Source of the DNA: Craspedostauros australis
Taxonomy: Eukaryota
NCBI GenBank assembly: GCA_030167865.1
Contig: JALAGF010004359.1
Span: 1 to 64,000, forward strand
Direction: 5' to 3'
Length of the DNA: 64,000 bases
Shown here one piece after another: positions 59,501 through 64,000 of the stretch (positions are counted from its first letter, which is position 1; every line of letters begins with the position of its first letter). Position numbers and translations under genes: made by a program. The notes below the pieces were generated by a model that was not told the origin of the DNA, did no database searches, and was given only the letters and a program-made list of their open reading frames with translations.

Positions 59501-60089
59501 ATCACACGATGGTCCCGCATCTCTTGGTATGCATGGCATGGCATGTCGGTGGCTGTGGCGTCACTACCTGCGTTCAATTCGATTCGATGTCCACTCGCTA
59601 CAGTACTCCGTGCTGTTCCTGATTTGTAGCTTGATATTCATCCTGAACAAGTCGGCCATATGGTATGACGCTGTCGGTATCATTGAGAACATCGATGATG
59701 AATCGGATAACCCGGAAAGGCTGTCGATCGCCCACAGCAAGGTCGAGGTCCTGCTGAACGATCAGCAGGAATTCCCGTACAGCAGCCTCCTGTACATTCC
59801 TGCCATGTCCATGGTCTTCCTGGGTACGATCGTTTTGGAGAGCGTGGATACTTCGTTGATGTCCAAGGTCACGCCAAATCGGTTGAACGTCACCTTTCTG
59901 AACTGCGGTCTGATGGCCACCTTAGTGGGAACAGTGGGACGCGTTGTGGCAGACTCCATGATCACGATCTCGGCGTTTCTGGATGCTCACATCTTTGTGG
60001 ACTTCGTCAATGTCACCTTCCTTCCGTTGTTGCTGCTGACGGTGATCGCCTACTACTATGTCAGGAAATACTACGACCATCTTGAGTGA
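56502..60089 (+). CDS. SPX-MFS (vacuolar phosphate transporter, Vpt1/PHT5-like), join(56502..59363,59604..60089), ~1115 aa
   Basis: SPX: MVAYG...GWEQAYLNYGGLKAIL...LNAIGVRKIVKKHEK. MFS: INLLSTLLYTVNYYVVAPT, GRVLCGFGSAEVANRQLIS, GMSVGPLLAAIL. Donor AAG|GTAAGA at 59364, acceptor CTACAG at 59603, phase 0. Confidence 0.9.
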
Positions 60090-61603
60090 TGACGAGCCCC
60101 CAGCATCGGGCGGGCATGGCCCATCATGGGTGGTATATGTAGTTCGCTTGGTGCATGTACAACACATGTACATCATATCGTGTCATGTTCTATCTGATTG
60201 CTACCACGAATCGTCAAGGGGGATAAGTATTGGCAATACATATAATACAATACATACCATATGTACATCATGTCACACTGTGCCAACACCCAACGGGCAT
60301 ACGTACGAGTGTCCCGTTCCGGGAAAGTGTGCCATTGCTCGTGCAATACTCTGCGACAGAGGATCTCTGTAGATGTTGCATCATCGGCACGCTCCCTGTT
60401 TGCCCCACATGGCGTGGTAAATGCTCCTCCATTGGACGAGAGCAGGGTACGGAGAGAGCGCACTCTCGGGAGGCGAATCAGACGAATGCAAGCCTTTGTG
60501 GCAGTATAGTGTTGCTTTGTATTATGAGTATAGTAGGTCGTATGGTGGCATCGGAAAGTCCATCTGCGTGCTCGCACAGTTGCTGCCGCTGACTTTGTTG
60601 ACCAGCACATCGGTTCAGTTTGTGAGGAGGGAATGCGTCCCAAGGAGACAAGGAGATAACGGAGCCGTAGCAAGATGGTCACCGAAGCCGAGGTCCGAGC
60701 GTCTCGTCTCTCATTCGCTGGTGCCGTTTGACATTGCAGTCGGAAATCACAAAGAGACCGCACGGAAAGCACAAAGAGAACCAAAGTCAAGAAGTCGCTC
60801 GGGGCATCCCCAAAGCTCACTTTCTCCGCAGCCGCGCAGCGGTGTTAATGGAGTTGGGCCCTCGAAAAGTCTGACTGTGTTGGAGGCTTGTTTGTGCTGT
60901 CTCCGAACGACGATGAAGCAACCAGTATGTGTGTATGTGATGGCGTGGCGGTTCTTGCGGTTGTGCTTGTGCGATGAGGCTGTCGGCGTGGAGAGGTGGG
61001 CAGGTAGCTGCGGACTTGTGCTCACCGCAGAAGGAGGAATAGGGTCTAGGAGCATTGATGTGTACTCATACGACGACTAGTTCGAGCGTGATGGTTGTCT
61101 TCGTACTTGTACTGCGAGTAGTGTGGCCTGCTACATGTGTAATACTATCCTTACATGTACTGTGATGTATTCTATTGTACTATATTGCATTCTATTGTTA
61201 TTGTACTCTATGGTGATGTGCAGTTGTTCCTCTATTGGTCTCGTCTTGTCTTGTGTGGTTGATGTTGCGTACAGGTGCTCGTCTATCATGGTGAGCATCC
61301 GCGCCAGTGGTGTTCTCGTTTCCCTCCCTCCCTCTCTCTCTCTCTACTCGTAGATGTGGTATTCTATTCCCTATCTGTCCTCCCCATGCGCTGCGGATGA
61401 TGTTGCCCTTCTGGCTTGGTCCCCGCAAGTCTCCCGCTCGTATTTGTCTATTGATCTTGTTTGCTGTTGGTTGCTGTTTCTGTTGCTGTGGTTGTCGTTG
61501 CATTGGTATGGAATGTACACGAAAGTGTGTAGTGCACACTTGTCACTGTCACTGAAGCTATCACTGTGGCTATCGCTGTCGGTGACTGGCTTCGACGCTG
61601 CGT

Positions 61604-62119
61604 TTACGCTGATCGGGCTCGGAAAGACTTCTGCTTCGGCATGATCTTCCTTCCCGCTGACACGACGCCGCTGATGATGTCCTTCGGGAGCTTGCCCGTG
61701 TTCTTGAGGAGCAGTCCGAGGCGTTCCCAGCCGTCGGCCTTGGTCAGGCTCTCGGCGCGGGACTTCTTGATGGCCTCGACCTCCATGACGGCGTTGGCAA
61801 TGTCAGTCAGGGAGTACCCGGCTTGCAGGACGATGCGTCCGCGCTTCTCGGTGGACATTTGCAGCTTCTTGCCTCGGCGGCGCTTGCTGCCACCGTCGTT
61901 GTTGCGGATGTACTCGTACAGCTCCATGGATTGCGTGACGGTGTCGACTGCCTCCCAGTCCATCTGGATTGGCGCGCCCTCGGAGACGGCAGGGTTGTCA
62001 CCGAGGATCATGGGGTACGTGACGATGGTAATGTCACCGAAGTGCACGCGCTTCTGAGCACTGCTGCCGCTGCTGATGCTGCTGCTTCTTCTTGTCGATG
62101 TGGAGGATGGAGTGGACAT
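61604..62119 (-). CDS. Hypothetical protein of the diatom-type VxF..(Y)..ILGDNPxxxxGxP..W family
   Basis: KRVHFGDITIVTYPMILGDNPAVSEGAPIQMDWE...YEYIR...KRGRIVLQAGYS. Confidence 0.75.
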   Translation of the reverse strand: MSTPSSTSTRRSSSISSGSSAQKRVHFGDITIVTYPMILGDNPAVSEGAPIQMDWEAVDTVTQSMELYEYIRNNDGGSKRRRGKKLQMSTEKRGRIVLQAGYSLTDIANAVMEVEAIKKSRAESLTKADGWERLGLLLKNTGKLPKDIISGVVSAGRKIMPKQKSFRARSA

Positions 62120-63413
62120 GATTGATGTGCGATGAATGGATTGGTTGGTTGGTTGGTTTGATGTTGCGGTTGGGATTGGATTATGTGATCGATGTGTGGG
62201 ATTGAAGCAGACGATGTCTTCGGGTCTCCCTGTTTGTGCGTTGCTGTTTGTGGGCGGTTGCAGGCCCGTAACCGTTTGTGTGCACTGCTGCAGTTTTTAA
62301 CTGGTGTTGTTGCAGTTGCAAATGGTGTTCGACATCGTTCGTGGTGACAAGTATCAAAATCATCGGCTTGCGCTTCTTCTGGCGCGATAGGTCTCCACTG
62401 CGCAGTCTTGCCACGCCAGACCCACAATGACTTCGTTTTGCTTCGTTACCCTTTCTCGCTGTGCCCATGTTCTCTCCCTTGAGGAGAACGCGCCACCTCG
62501 GCGAATGAAGACGCACTGCGGCAGGCGGAAGCTGCGCAAGCAAACACGAAGAAGGTCTTTGATAACTTTCCAACCAAACGCACACTTCGTTGGGCCTGGG
62601 TCATTCCGCATACCGATCGCGGGATCGCTGTGCCACTCGCATTCCTGTTACGCCCCAAGTGAGTCGCGTTGCTCTGCGAAACTCCGCAGCCACAGAGAAA
62701 CACTCCGACGAGGTTTCTCCATGCCCAGAAACTTGCATGCCGAAGACCAAAATCACTCCCAACGACACATCACGCCCAACGATATTTCTCCGCAGAATCC
62801 AAACACAACCATTCACCGATTTCGATGATCATCCTTTCCCCTGTGTTGAGTTTTCGGAAGGCCTATGGAAGTACATGTGGTGAGTCCTGTACTTGCGTCA
62901 CAAGCGTGATTCGAAACAGTATCACAAACAAAGAAGTTCGCTGAAACTCATCTTTCTTCCGTGTCATGTTCGCGCCCTGTGTGCCTCGCCCAGAGCAACA
63001 CAACACATGCGTCAACGGAGCACAGCAAAGATCCACCAGCCACCATTCTGACATCCACGTGAAGATCCCACATCAACCTGTGCTCTCACTCGTGCGCATG
63101 GTGGGTGCGCATCAGAAAGCGATACTGCGGAGTAGAATACGCGCTCTCCAGTGCAACGCAACGCACCCGACCATCTGTGCACACCAACTCGACTTTCTGT
63201 TGGAAACTCCAGCGTGCAACAGGCGTGAAAGACTTTGGTTGGGGTGTGCTTCCTTCCATCCATCGCTGCCGACGATCTTGGTGATTGGATTGCTATTCCA
63301 TTCAAAGAACGCTGGGACTCTGCAACATTCCGGAGTGCACGATACAATCAGCACAGCATCGCACTCTCCTCTGAATTTTGATACTGCAGTGCAGCAGAGG
63401 CAGCAGGAGGGCA

Positions 63414-64000
63414 ATGAGAGTCCTGTTGACGGGGGCGTCGGGGTACTTGGGACAGCACCTGCTGCACTCCTTGATTGTTTATCCCATCCACACATTGGAT
63501 GGAACAGAGACAGCCACTATCGTAGACAACGGCGATGGTACCGACGAGGCAACGACGACGCAACCCATGCACGTAACTGCACTGATTGGACGCGCTGCCA
63601 ATTTGGATGCATTTCGCGGGGTCGTTGACGAGTTGCTCTCGGCTGCCGCGCAGCCGAAATGTCCGCAGGTCATCGTGCAGTCGCTGGACATCACAGACGC
63701 CGCTGCAATTGATGACTGGAAAAAGCCAGGAACGATGACGGCAGGATCAGAAATGGAGACGGAAACGGAGCAACCCGCGAGGTTTGAGGTGTGCATACAT
63801 GCTGCTGCGATGTCCAGCCCACGCGCATGCCAATCCAATCCAGAACAGGCAGCCGCCATCAACGTCCCCACATACTTCTTGGACACTCTCATGAAGGACG
63901 GCACTCACATCATAGCGCTGTCCACCGATCAGGTCTTTGATGGAAAGCCGATGAAGCCGTTGACATCATCGTCGTCATCAAGTGAGGGAAACTTTTACAA
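63414..64000 (+). CDS. RmlD/dTDP-4-dehydrorhamnose reductase or MAT2B-like NAD(P)-binding protein (5' part, runs off window)
   Basis: Hand translation: MRVLLTGASGYLGQHLL (GxxGxxG)...SLDITD...VCIHAAAMSSPRACQSNPEQAAAINVP...IIALSTDQVFDG; open to the window end and absent from the ORF track. Confidence 0.88.
   Translation, partial: MRVLLTGASGYLGQHLLHSLIVYPIHTLDGTETATIVDNGDGTDEATTTQPMHVTALIGRAANLDAFRGVVDELLSAAAQPKCPQVIVQSLDITDAAAIDDWKKPGTMTAGSEMETETEQPARFEVCIHAAAMSSPRACQSNPEQAAAINVPTYFLDTLMKDGTHIIALSTDQVFDGKPMKPLTSSSSSSEGNFY

Overview
Eukaryotic nuclear DNA, most likely from a (pennate) diatom. Supporting signs are a bipartite SAF/ASAFAP-type plastid-targeting ClpS, the PDE end of a diatom-type cyclase-phosphodiesterase fusion, GT-AG introns and microsatellite-rich intergenic DNA. 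About 22 genes are supportable: cNMP phosphodiesterase (3' end), an F-box-like/LamG protein, NDUFAF6, hemerythrin, ClpS, a RING-H2 protein, DnaJ, a GT92-like glycosyltransferase, an alpha/beta hydrolase, two giant tandem STAND-ATPase/TPR proteins, an SPX-MFS phosphate transporter, an RmlD/MAT2B-like protein (5' end) and several orphans. I rebuilt four spliced gene models by hand that the ORF track splits or truncates, plus two partly resolved ones. The most interesting locus is 40.9-55.0 kb. It holds two paralogous kinase-less COG3899-like STAND ATPases whose usual output domains are replaced by very large charged or Pro/Gln-rich disordered regions. Between them lies a CpG-depleted, palindrome-dense island. 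No rRNA, complete tRNA, CRISPR array or intact transposon was seen. All assignments come from motif recognition by eye; no searches were run.
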